A DNA stretch of 32,000 nt from Pyrodictium abyssi (GTDB taxonomy: Archaea > Thermoproteota > Thermoprotei_A > Sulfolobales > Pyrodictiaceae), in contig NZ_AP028907.1 in the NCBI RefSeq assembly GCF_036323395.1, positions 270,001-302,000 of the forward strand, written 5' to 3'. The translations under genes were made by a program, and so were the position numbers. Below, one piece after another: positions 21,169 to 29,720 of the stretch (position 1 is the first letter of the stretch; each line of letters starts with the position of its first letter). The notes beneath the pieces were generated by a model. The model did not search any database, was not told where the DNA came from, and saw only the letters and a program-made list of their open reading frames with translations.

Positions 21169-21918
21169 GTGGCGAGAGCTAGACTATCATATCCTGACGC
21201 TAAATCATTCTACAATATGCTCGACGCCATATCTAAGATAGTTGATGAGGTAACAATGATAATAACTAACGAGGGAGTGAAGGCCATAGCACTTGACCCA
21301 GCACACGTGGCACTGATAACTATAGAGCTGCCGCCAGAGAGCTTTATAGAGTACGAGGTAGAGGGCGAAGAAGTAAAGCTAGGGTTCAACGTAGCCAATA
21401 CAGCTAAGCTTATCAAGCGTGGAAAGAAGGGAGACAAACTAGACATAGAAGTTGACGACGAGAGAGTCACCTGGTCAATAGTAGGCGCAACTATAAAGCG
21501 TTACCGCGTACTAAACCTTGACGTCCCCGTCCCCGAGATACCAGATGCACAGCTAGAATTCAAGATAAAGATAGCAATGATAGTAGACCCGTTTAAGAAC
21601 GCGCTTAAGGATGCTGAGGCTGTAGGCGATACGGTAGAGCTAGAGGCTCTGGACGAGAGCACATTCGTGATAAGGGGTGTAGGAGCTGCAACAGCCGAGG
21701 CTAAGATTAGAAGTGATTCGCCTGCAGTAGTCGAATTCAGTGTAGACGAGCCCGGTAAGTCCGCCTACAGTATAGACTATCTGAAACATGTAGTATCGCT
21801 AACAAAGGTTGCTGACACGATTTCGATAGAGTTCTCTCAGGATATGCCGCTAAGGCTGCAGTTCCAACTACCAGCAGGAGGTAAGGTAACATACCTACTA
21901 GCCCCAAAGGTGGCATAG
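21169..21918 (+). CDS. pcn: DNA polymerase sliding clamp PCNA
   Basis: ARLSYPDAKSFYNMLDAISKIVDEVTMIITNEGVKAIALDPAHVALITIELP ... IMVDPFKNALKDAEAVGD-like ... LAPKVA. GTG 21169 preferred over the track start 21085 because conserved PCNA sequence begins there. Confidence 0.93.
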   Translation: MARARLSYPDAKSFYNMLDAISKIVDEVTMIITNEGVKAIALDPAHVALITIELPPESFIEYEVEGEEVKLGFNVANTAKLIKRGKKGDKLDIEVDDERVTWSIVGATIKRYRVLNLDVPVPEIPDAQLEFKIKIAMIVDPFKNALKDAEAVGDTVELEALDESTFVIRGVGAATAEAKIRSDSPAVVEFSVDEPGKSAYSIDYLKHVVSLTKVADTISIEFSQDMPLRLQFQLPAGGKVTYLLAPKVA

Positions 21919-21999
21919 TATAGTTAGCCGCAAGTAGTGTAAGTAGTGTAGTACTACACAGTGTGCAGTCTCCAGCAGGGCTGGACCTGTGGCCTCGGG

Positions 22000-22059
22000 G
22001 TGATGAGAAACACCGGCTCAGCGTAGCCCATAAGGGATGCAGATGGCCAGGACAGCTGA
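22000..22059 (+). ncRNA. possible C/D box sRNA (weak)
   Basis: C-box-like GTGATGA (22000-22006) and D box CTGA (22056-22059); internal C'/D' poorly formed. The 9 nt TGGCCAGGA upstream of D is antisense to 23S near 2104-2113. Confidence 0.2.
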
Positions 22060-22084
22060 CAGACCCCGTACGCAGCCGCTGTAA

Positions 22085-22972
22085 CTACTTCTTCACCCTC
22101 CTCAGTATAGCCTCGGCTAGCTCCTTCGCGGGGTCAACCCCCGTGGCGGCTTGGAGACCTCTCCATAGAGGCGACGCGTTTACCTCTATTACCACATGTC
22201 CTCCCTCGTACTCTATTATATCCACTCCTGCATATATTAGGCCCAGCACCGAGGTTGCTCGAAGTGCTGTTTCAAGGATCTCGCTAGACGGTGAAGCGGG
22301 TAGCGCCTTGGCACCGCGTGCTATGTTGGTCTTCCAGTAGCCTTGTGGCGCCTTGCGGTAGATAGAAGCTATGACCTTCCCGTCTACAACGAATACGCGG
22401 ATATCCCGGTTATCCTTCTTATCAATATACTCCTGCACGTATATAGGCTGGTTGAGTGTCAGTAGGAGGTTCACGACGTAGTAGGCAGTATCTGTGTCGT
22501 CAACCATGAATGAGCCCAGGCCTAGGCTACCTGTTATAGGCTTGAGCACGGCTTTTCTAAGCCTCTCTACCTCACGGAGAACGTCTGACGGATTCTCAGT
22601 AGCCACGGTACTTGGTACAGGTATGCCGTGTTGATGAAGTATCCTTAGGCTTGTGAACTTGTCTCGTGCCGTGAAGAGTGCGTCCGTAGGATTAATCACT
22701 AGTATGCCTTGAGATTCGGCAGTCTTCAGGAAAGCGTAGCGGTAAAGATACTTTTCGACACTTAGTCCACGCCCTAGACCGCGAACGATTATGGCGTCAA
22801 CGTCGAGGCATTTACCGCGATACCGTAGTGGGCAATCAGAGCCTATACTGGCAGCTGTATAGCTCCATAACATGTATATTGGCTGTGCTCCTAGCTCTGA
22901 TAGCGACTTCAATAGGCGTCTAGATGACCAGGTAGGCTGTGGAGAACTATGCAATACAGCTATTCTCGTCAT
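22085..22972 (-). CDS. RimK-like ATP-grasp ligase (L-glutamate ligase family)
   Basis: INPTDALFTARDKFTSLRILHQHGIPVPST...VLKPITGSLGLGSFMV...YVQEYIDKKDNRDIRVFVVDGKVIASIYR...HVVIEVNASPLWRGLQ. Internal ATG 22972 (MTRIAVLHSS) preferred. Confidence 0.85.
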   Translation of the reverse strand: MTRIAVLHSSPQPTWSSRRLLKSLSELGAQPIYMLWSYTAASIGSDCPLRYRGKCLDVDAIIVRGLGRGLSVEKYLYRYAFLKTAESQGILVINPTDALFTARDKFTSLRILHQHGIPVPSTVATENPSDVLREVERLRKAVLKPITGSLGLGSFMVDDTDTAYYVVNLLLTLNQPIYVQEYIDKKDNRDIRVFVVDGKVIASIYRKAPQGYWKTNIARGAKALPASPSSEILETALRATSVLGLIYAGVDIIEYEGGHVVIEVNASPLWRGLQAATGVDPAKELAEAILRRVKK

Positions 22973-23021
22973 GACCTGGTAGGCCTCACGCTGCCATATA
23001 TTGTGTGGTGGTATAATTATC

Positions 23022-23984
23022 TCACTTGGTATGAAGCGGTGTAGAGGCTTGCTTTGCTCTGTCAAAGGCATGTTCGACAACAAGCGAACCATATATAGGT
23101 GCTGTTAGCGGGTCGGTATGCACTATGAATTCTACTATGTGACGGTTTCCAGGCATATACATTGATACCTTAAATTTCACCTCTTTTAGTATATCTGCCT
23201 CGATGTCGGTAAGTAAGGCTATTACATTGCTATGGAGTTGCTTTGAAGTGACGTGTACTGGTAAACTAGAGATAGGGTATACTCTGGCTTTGTTAGTATA
23301 GCCTGCTAAGATATAGGCCGGAGGCAGCATGGTGGTTGACGCGTATAGGTCTATTCTCTCCTTCTTTGCTATCATCTCGGCAATAATGGGTATGACGTCA
23401 CTATATCTATCTATAAGGCTTTCATATATGCTAGATATATTAGATAGTTCGTTTGATAGTCTTTCCACTCTAACTCGTATGCTGCTGAACCTCTCTGCTA
23501 GCCTGGCGGCAGACTTTGCAGCAACAAGTACATAGTGGATGGATGGGCGTGGTGATGCAACTTCTACTAGATTCTCTCTACCCACACGCTCGGCTATGAT
23601 GTCGGGTAGAGGCTGTGTTACTACCAGCAACTCCGTACCAGTTATGCGTGCAGCGTCGGCGGTTCGCGCAATGATATTCTCGGATCCAGGCTCTGCAAAG
23701 AGTAGTATTAACGATGGCTCATCATGGTACGCCAGTGTATGGTAGAGGAATGCCTCAACAGGACCTATGTATATAGTTTTCTCTGTTAACTGGCGTAGTA
23801 TCCAGTGAAAGAGATGGGCTGATGCTTGAGCGTAGGAGCTGCCAGCAAAGGCTACATAAATGGTGGTGGGCGAGCTCACCCGCTCAACTATGCGTTCGGC
23901 CTTCCTCGTGCTATCTGCTTCTATACTAGATAGTGTTGTTGGTGTTAGAGCAGTGCTGTCTCGAGGGAGCGGCAGCAACTGCAC
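23022..23984 (-). CDS. SIS (sugar isomerase) domain protein, glucosamine-6-P synthase isomerase-like
   Basis: [23 protein letters not shown]...[34 protein letters not shown]: SIS-type pattern. Confidence 0.7.
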   Translation of the reverse strand: MQLLPLPRDSTALTPTTLSSIEADSTRKAERIVERVSSPTTIYVAFAGSSYAQASAHLFHWILRQLTEKTIYIGPVEAFLYHTLAYHDEPSLILLFAEPGSENIIARTADAARITGTELLVVTQPLPDIIAERVGRENLVEVASPRPSIHYVLVAAKSAARLAERFSSIRVRVERLSNELSNISSIYESLIDRYSDVIPIIAEMIAKKERIDLYASTTMLPPAYILAGYTNKARVYPISSLPVHVTSKQLHSNVIALLTDIEADILKEVKFKVSMYMPGNRHIVEFIVHTDPLTAPIYGSLVVEHAFDRAKQASTPLHTK

Positions 23985-24769
23985 CTCGCCGGGTCGGGGG
24001 CTTCTGGCAGCCTAGGTATAAGCTCATACAGTAGGCGGCGTGCACGCTCAGTATTCTCCTTCATTACCCTCGTGACCTCTTCTGCTGTGACAGGCTTGTC
24101 GGCCCACACGTCGTAGTCGGTCACAAGAGCTATCGTGGCGTAACATATCTGGGCCTCGCACGCCAGGTTTACTTCTGGTACTAGTGTCATGCCTATGATG
24201 TCGGCCTTGAACACGTCCTTCCATATGCGGCTTTCGGCCCTAGTAGAGAACCGGGGTCCCTCAATACAGATGTAGGTGCCGCGCTCGTGTATACGGAAGC
24301 CAAGTTCCTTGCCTACAGTGATTATCTCCTGGCGGAGCTGCTCACAGAACGGGTCTGCCATGCTAACATGAGCTACTACAGGGCCGTCGAAGAACGTGTA
24401 CTCCCTCTTCTTCGTCATGTCTATGAACTGGTCAGGTACAACCATGTCACCGGGACGATAGTCTTCGCGGAGGGAGCCAACAGCAGACACAGAGATTATC
24501 CATTTGACACCAAGGCTCTTTAAGGCCCAGATGTTAGCGCGATAGTTTATCCTATGAGGCGGGATACGATGCCCCCTACCGTGCCTCGGTAGGAAGGCTA
24601 CACGCCTTCCACGGACGGTACCAACTATTATGTAGTCGCTGGGCTCGCCGTATGGTGTGTACACCTTGACCTCTTGGGGGTTCTCAACTATGCCGGGGTC
24701 GTAAAGGCCACTACCGCCTATTATGCCAATCTCGGCTTTGATACCCGGCTGAGGAGGAAACTGCACCAT
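23945..24769 (-). CDS. mtnP: S-methyl-5'-thioadenosine phosphorylase (MTAP)
   Basis: [13 protein letters not shown]...[61 protein letters not shown]...[17 protein letters not shown]. Confidence 0.95.
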   Translation of the reverse strand: MVQFPPQPGIKAEIGIIGGSGLYDPGIVENPQEVKVYTPYGEPSDYIIVGTVRGRRVAFLPRHGRGHRIPPHRINYRANIWALKSLGVKWIISVSAVGSLREDYRPGDMVVPDQFIDMTKKREYTFFDGPVVAHVSMADPFCEQLRQEIITVGKELGFRIHERGTYICIEGPRFSTRAESRIWKDVFKADIIGMTLVPEVNLACEAQICYATIALVTDYDVWADKPVTAEEVTRVMKENTERARRLLYELIPRLPEAPDPARCSCCRSLETALL

Positions 24770-24895
24770 CTATTACACACCGTGTCAAACTAGCCCACGC
24801 TTGTGGAAGAATATAATCCTTAATCGGAGTAAGCGTCTGAGACCCTATAGTGATTCCATATAGCAGTAGCGGCGTGCAAGGCACACCTCGGCGCC

Positions 24896-25867
24896 CTAAT
24901 AGCGGGGCTTAACAGCAACTACACCCTGCGCCTTCTCGTTGTAGCGTATTCTTAGAAATCCTACACCACGTAGCCGCTGGATCACGCCCCTGACAACGGG
25001 TCCATGGCCATGTCCCCGGCTTCGTAGCGGCTCGCCGGTATAGTGGAAGAGCACACCTCCAGGCCTAAGCACGCGATACAGCTCTCTATAGAAATCGCTA
25101 CTATAGAGCTCGCCAGCTATACTAAATCTTGGCGGGTCATGAACTATCCTATCAAACACGCTGTCCGGGAAGAACTCTATAAGCTTACTCGCGTCACCAA
25201 GCATGATCTTTACACGGTTGTCCGCTAGCCTGGCACTCCAGGGATTGAACTCGGCTATTGCGAGCACCTCACGGCTAACCTCAATAGTGTATACTTGCTT
25301 TGCGCCAAACTCCAATGATGTTATAGCAGTATAGCCGAGACCAGTACATATATCTAATACTGTATGGCCGTGTCTTACACGTGCTGCTGCAACCTTGTAT
25401 CTAGCATCACGGAGAGGCCCAATGTCACTCACTCTATGCATATGTATGCCATTTATCATAAGTGTCGGTGCATCTACGCCTCGAGGGAAATGAAGCCTCA
25501 TATAGGCGTTGCTGAGCCTTACCTCTACAGGGTAGAGGGAACCATCTTTAGGCGATAAAACATAGACATGGTCTTCTCTTAGCGAGTTAACTATATCAGC
25601 ATTTATACGGATCAACTTGTCGCCCATCTTGGCTACAATAGTGTCATTAATACAACCTAGCGTTAAGCCGTTCAACTGGACCGGGTCGACAGTTTGATAA
25701 GCTCTACACCTTGCGGCAATGTCGACAATGACATAGCCTGGGACTACATTATGGTGCGGCTTAAACATGTACAGCTCTATGGAAGGTGTATCTTCGTTGA
25801 CAGGATAATCTGTCATGACTGGTAGCCATGCTGCTACACTGCCGGCTAGAGTCAGATATAGCCTCAT
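24896..25867 (-). CDS. predicted archaeal class I SAM-dependent methyltransferase (COG2521-like)
   Basis: HGHTVLDICTGLGYTAITSLEFGAKQVYTIEVSREVLAIAEFNPWS...FDRIVHDPPRFS...LYRVLRPGGVLFHYTG. Confidence 0.82.
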   Translation of the reverse strand: MRLYLTLAGSVAAWLPVMTDYPVNEDTPSIELYMFKPHHNVVPGYVIVDIAARCRAYQTVDPVQLNGLTLGCINDTIVAKMGDKLIRINADIVNSLREDHVYVLSPKDGSLYPVEVRLSNAYMRLHFPRGVDAPTLMINGIHMHRVSDIGPLRDARYKVAAARVRHGHTVLDICTGLGYTAITSLEFGAKQVYTIEVSREVLAIAEFNPWSARLADNRVKIMLGDASKLIEFFPDSVFDRIVHDPPRFSIAGELYSSDFYRELYRVLRPGGVLFHYTGEPLRSRGHGHGPVVRGVIQRLRGVGFLRIRYNEKAQGVVAVKPRY

Positions 25868-25927
25868 AAATAAGTGCAGATGCGGTCATAGCCGTGGGGG
25901 GTGTGATGTACACGACTCTCTCTGAGT

Positions 25928-26278
25928 CTACATTCGCGCAGTGTCGATGATGTAGGAGGTTTCGGCTGACCCCCTAGTAACGCCTCTAAGCAAATTGTCT
26001 ATGTACATCTTAGCGGCGATAGCGTGCTTGCAGAGCCTATGGTACGTTGACGCCGGACAGGTGCATCGTAGATAGCCTCTTGCGGGATTGTAGTAAACGG
26101 TGTATACGTCCTTACTTCCTCGTACTGTGGCAACATATGCATCTGGACCAATTATCCTCACGTATACGAGTCTTCCTTGATTTATTATCCGGGCTGCCTC
26201 CAATAGCAGTCTTTTAGAGCCCCTGTAGCGGGCCTTGGAGCTACCTGGTATGGGAGCTACTGTATCCAGACGGTGCAC
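25928..26278 (-). CDS. SWIM zinc-finger protein
   Basis: GYLRCTCPASTYHRLCKHAIAAKMY matches CxCxnCxH. Confidence 0.8.
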   Translation of the reverse strand: MHRLDTVAPIPGSSKARYRGSKRLLLEAARIINQGRLVYVRIIGPDAYVATVRGSKDVYTVYYNPARGYLRCTCPASTYHRLCKHAIAAKMYIDNLLRGVTRGSAETSYIIDTARM

Positions 26279-26337
26279 CCTCCTCCCCTATGGCTGGGCG
26301 AAAGTGGCAATGAAGCCAATGAGAGTTAGGTGTAACT

Positions 26338-27225
26338 ATGGCCAGAGTTGTGCGGCTGTTGAAGGGGATAGCAGAGCTTACGAGGCCGCATAACCTCCTA
26401 GTAGCAGCAGTTACAACTCTCATAGGCTACGGGCTTGTCTCAAAAGCCTATGGCTACCAGCTGATTGAAGACACATTTGCCCAGGCAGCGCTCATAGTTA
26501 TACTCGTCGCAGCAGCAGGCTATGTAATAAACGACTACTACGACATAGAAACGGATAGAGTCGCAAAACCCTGGAGGCCTCTTGTATCGGGGGCTGTACA
26601 GCCGAATGTTGCAAGAATACTGGCCTATATACTCTTCCTATCAGGGATAATAGCGTCAACAAATCTAGGTCCATGTGTGGTAGTATTTGTTATAGTTAAT
26701 GCCATACTTCTTCACGAGTATTCGCGGTGGGTGAAGAAGACAGGGTTCATAGGAAACATGGTAGTAGCACTGAACTCAGCAGCCACCATAATATTCGGAG
26801 GGCTTGTGAGGAGCGTCGAGCTAGAAGTAAAGGTACCCTATTCAGTGTTACTACCAGCGGTATATGCATTCCTGTTTGTTCTTGGTAGGGAGGTGGTAAA
26901 GGGTATAGAGGACGTTGAGGGTGATAAACGCGTAGGCATATCTACGGTGGCTGTAAAGTGTGGTGTCGTGTGTGCCCGTAGAGTTGCAGCGCTACTGCTA
27001 GGCCTGGTAGTAGCCATAAGCCCCTTGCCAGCAGTAACCGGCTTATACAACTGGCTATACGTAGCGTTTGCTGCTATAGTCGATGTGAGCATAGCGGTCT
27101 CGCTCATAAACCTCTACCGTGCTAGTAGCTATCACGAGCTAATAGTAGAAGCTAGGCGGGCTAGGAGCCTACTCAAGCTAGGCTTCCTTGCAGGTGGAGT
27201 AGCCTTCACGGCGGGCCTCCTCTAG
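26338..27225 (+). CDS. ubiA: UbiA-family prenyltransferase, probable digeranylgeranylglyceryl phosphate synthase
   Basis: ELTRPHNLLVAAVTTLIGYG...GYVINDYYDIETDRVAKPWRPLVSG...FVLGREVVKGIEDVEGDKRVGISTVAV. Confidence 0.9.
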   Translation: MARVVRLLKGIAELTRPHNLLVAAVTTLIGYGLVSKAYGYQLIEDTFAQAALIVILVAAAGYVINDYYDIETDRVAKPWRPLVSGAVQPNVARILAYILFLSGIIASTNLGPCVVVFVIVNAILLHEYSRWVKKTGFIGNMVVALNSAATIIFGGLVRSVELEVKVPYSVLLPAVYAFLFVLGREVVKGIEDVEGDKRVGISTVAVKCGVVCARRVAALLLGLVVAISPLPAVTGLYNWLYVAFAAIVDVSIAVSLINLYRASSYHELIVEARRARSLLKLGFLAGGVAFTAGLL

Positions 27226-27303
27226 CCAGTCGTAGTACAGTAGCCGTGCTAGAGGGGCTCAGAGAGGTCGATGCTCAGCACGCCTCATTGACGCAGCAGC
27301 TCC

Positions 27304-27966
27304 TCAGACTAGGGTAGCCTCTTCACAGCCCTTCCTCAATAAGTCTAGCATGGATGAGAAAGCTCTGCGTAGCCTATTGAGTTTGCGCTTACCTAGTAGT
27401 AGGTACGAGTTAAGCAGATTAGCAAGTAGGTTATAGTCCAAGTCAACAATGGTTCTACCTTCAAAGACTAGTGGTATGTCTATCCTCTCGGAGCCGATAA
27501 TGAACATGTAGTATGACCTTGAGGTATAATTGTAGCCGGTGTACTTATAGCCAGAGTTAATAGCTATGTCTGCTATCATGTCAGCTAGTCTAAGACTGCA
27601 TGTATGGAGCGCGAGTATTGGTGGCTGAGCAGAAGCCCACACGTACCTATGCCCAGTATTCCTGGCGTTGAGTATAGCCTCCCTAAGCTCAGCCGGGTCT
27701 ACTGGGCGATGCCACTTGTATACTATGCCTCCTTGCCGCTTATCTCCCGGAGATGGTGCAGAGAATACAGCAATCCGTCCGCTACAGGAGCTTGAAGTAG
27801 CTATGCACGGAACCGAGTTGATAGCAGCCAGCATGTCTACAATATCGGAGTCCAGCATATCTTCCTTCATGGCGTGGGTGAAGCTGTTCATAAGTTGTTC
27901 GCGGAGTCTTCTCCACGAGTCTGTACTACAAGTATTCAGCTGTAGAGCCGCACACATACAGAACAC
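27304..27966 (-). CDS. taw3: tRNA wybutosine-synthesizing protein TYW3 (Taw3-like)
   Basis: DSDIVDMLAAINSVPCIATSSSCSGRIAVFSAPSPGDKRQGGIVYKWHRP...YVWASAQPPILALHTCSLRLADMIADIAINSGYKYTG. Confidence 0.88.
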   Translation of the reverse strand: MFCMCAALQLNTCSTDSWRRLREQLMNSFTHAMKEDMLDSDIVDMLAAINSVPCIATSSSCSGRIAVFSAPSPGDKRQGGIVYKWHRPVDPAELREAILNARNTGHRYVWASAQPPILALHTCSLRLADMIADIAINSGYKYTGYNYTSRSYYMFIIGSERIDIPLVFEGRTIVDLDYNLLANLLNSYLLLGKRKLNRLRRAFSSMLDLLRKGCEEATLV

Positions 27967-28660
27967 CTAGCCAGGCGGCAAGGGTGGCATAGCTAGTGCT
28001 GGAAACCGGGTTAAAGGACACAATTAGGCCTTCTCCCATCCCCCTTACTTGGCTGATTATGGTTTTGTCGTCTACTGCTAAAATATGGCTTAGCAGCTTA
28101 GACCGTGGGCCAACTATCTCGTAGATCTCGTTTACACAGCAAGTGAATCCCGGCTTTCCGACAGCGCCTGCAGGGTGAAGAGGATTATAGGAGTAGAGGC
28201 TACCACAGCGTCCGCTACCACGCTGTATCTCGAGGCTATTAATTTCGTCAGAGAGCACCATTACTCCATTCGAGTTGCGCCTTAGTACTAGGTTGAAGAA
28301 TTCGTCATAGTCTACTTTACGGGCATGTACTCCAATAGATTTTAGCATAGATGTGAAGTCCTTAGGGGCTACTACTATACACTCGGAGTTACCAGGTACA
28401 ACTCTACCATAGCTCCATGTGGAGTTGTGTAGGACAACCTCGCCCCTAGTGCATCCGGGGGAACAGATGATACTTCCAACGCCTATTACCTGGTCTATTA
28501 CGAAGCCCTTATTCTCTACAGTGGCCACAAACGGCGTATCAACTATCATACACCTGCAGCTGCCACTACTTATAGCAGTAAACACGCTACTCATGGTGTC
28601 GGGGGACATGATAAGCATCTCTATGGGGTACACCACACTGCCAGCCGGAAGCTGTGGCAT
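27926..28660 (-). CDS. uncharacterised Cys-containing protein upstream of and overlapping TYW3
   Basis: 244-aa ORF immediately upstream of TYW3 on the same strand (41-nt overlap); multiple Cys (GSCRC, ICSPGC, RCGSLY, FTCC). No family recognised. Confidence 0.6.
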   Translation of the reverse strand: MPQLPAGSVVYPIEMLIMSPDTMSSVFTAISSGSCRCMIVDTPFVATVENKGFVIDQVIGVGSIICSPGCTRGEVVLHNSTWSYGRVVPGNSECIVVAPKDFTSMLKSIGVHARKVDYDEFFNLVLRRNSNGVMVLSDEINSLEIQRGSGRCGSLYSYNPLHPAGAVGKPGFTCCVNEIYEIVGPRSKLLSHILAVDDKTIISQVRGMGEGLIVSFNPVSSTSYATLAAWLGVLYVCGSTAEYL

Positions 28661-28798
28661 GGCTGTGTCCCTCAGCAGCCTGGTTATAGATCATCGCTGG
28701 CGCTCAGCCCTTACATGGTTCTTCATCGGGTCACGCTCAACAGCCTAGTACCCCTATCTACTCTTCGGCCATCATGGTTTAGGGCGGGGCGTTTGGAC

Positions 28799-29227
28799 AT
28801 GATAAAGCGTTGGCCCAGACGCCGTGAATTCCTAGCATACTACCTATTGCTAAAATACGCTAAGGCTAGAAGTACGGGAGAGTCGGAGGATGATTTATGC
28901 GTTAACGCTGGAGAGGCTATAGACTTGCTAAACGTGTTGACAGGGAGCAAAAGACTGTCATCGTCTCTGCTAAAGCAGTTGGTGAAGAGAGGCTTCCTGG
29001 AGAGAAGGAAAGCCCTAGTCTACTGTATAAAGGAGGTAGACGCGCTTCTAGACGAGGCGTTGGTCTACTACCTGGCTGGCAGGCTGCGGCGCCGAGGAAT
29101 AGAAGCCACAGTCAGCCGCGACCACGGGCACCGTATAGTTGTATTCGGGAGAGATTCTTGCAGCGAGATAGCGGAGAAGGCATCCAGGATAGGCATAAAA
29201 GTCGAGTGTGTGGATGATCAGCGTTAG
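28799..29227 (+). CDS. uncharacterised small protein, winged-helix-like N-terminal part (tentative)
   Basis: Internal ATG MIKRWPRRREFLAYYLLLKYAKA...SSLLKQLVKRGFLERRKALVYCIKEVDALLDEALVYYLAGRLRRRGIEATV. Divergent from the previous gene. Confidence 0.6.
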   Translation: MIKRWPRRREFLAYYLLLKYAKARSTGESEDDLCVNAGEAIDLLNVLTGSKRLSSSLLKQLVKRGFLERRKALVYCIKEVDALLDEALVYYLAGRLRRRGIEATVSRDHGHRIVVFGRDSCSEIAEKASRIGIKVECVDDQR

Positions 29228-29269
29228 CGCTGGGTGTCTCAGGAAAGTCTACCGAAGTATCTGAGCCAC

Positions 29270-29626
29270 CTACTCATCCTCGTATAACTCTACTACTATT
29301 CTCGCCTTAACCCTATCCTTGGAGAATGGTGGCGGCGATTCGCCTAGGTCGACCGCGAACACCACATTATTACCCATGCTGTCGGTGAACCTCACTTCCG
29401 CGACATAGCGTTTACGCGGACCGGTCTCGAGGACCTTCAGAACGGCCTCATATATCCTGCTGAGAGCCATCTGTAGGGCAATGGGGCTCGTGAAGTCCTC
29501 CGGCCTTAGCTGGATTGCCTGGAGCCCCTGCATGACCTCACCTATCCGGGCTTCGCCCTCGAATATTGCTAGCTTCTTGATCTCATTGCTGTCATCTTGG
29601 TGGTTCTTGCTCATAACTCCAATCAC
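29270..29626 (-). CDS. uncharacterised archaeal protein
   Basis: 118 aa with coherent amphipathic composition (KKLAIFEGEARIGEVMQGLQAIQLRPEDFTSPIALQMALSRIYEAVLKVLETG...RYVAEVRFTDSMGNNVVFAVDLGE). Confidence 0.6.
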   Translation of the reverse strand: MIGVMSKNHQDDSNEIKKLAIFEGEARIGEVMQGLQAIQLRPEDFTSPIALQMALSRIYEAVLKVLETGPRKRYVAEVRFTDSMGNNVVFAVDLGESPPPFSKDRVKARIVVELYEDE

Positions 29627-29651
29627 CCATTTTACCCGGTGATAGCGGAAT

Positions 29652-29710
29652 GGAATACTTAAATAGTCTCCTCCGTATGGCTAGCCCTAAAGGGGGTACA
29701 GGAAGGAGGT
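29652..29710 (+). promoter_or_regulatory. promoter (TATA-like TACTTAAATA) and Shine-Dalgarno (GGAGGT) for nop5
   Basis: TACTTAAATA at ~29656-29665; GGAGGT 29705-29710, 10 nt before ATG 29721. Confidence 0.65.
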
Positions 29711-29720
29711 AACTTCAGCC

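Noticed and set aside
21210-21470. Minus-strand ORF antisense to PCNA (and similar antisense ORFs at 19210, 20506, 23329, 27668, 28419)
   Set aside because: Shadow ORFs on the strand opposite well-supported genes, with compositionally biased translations.
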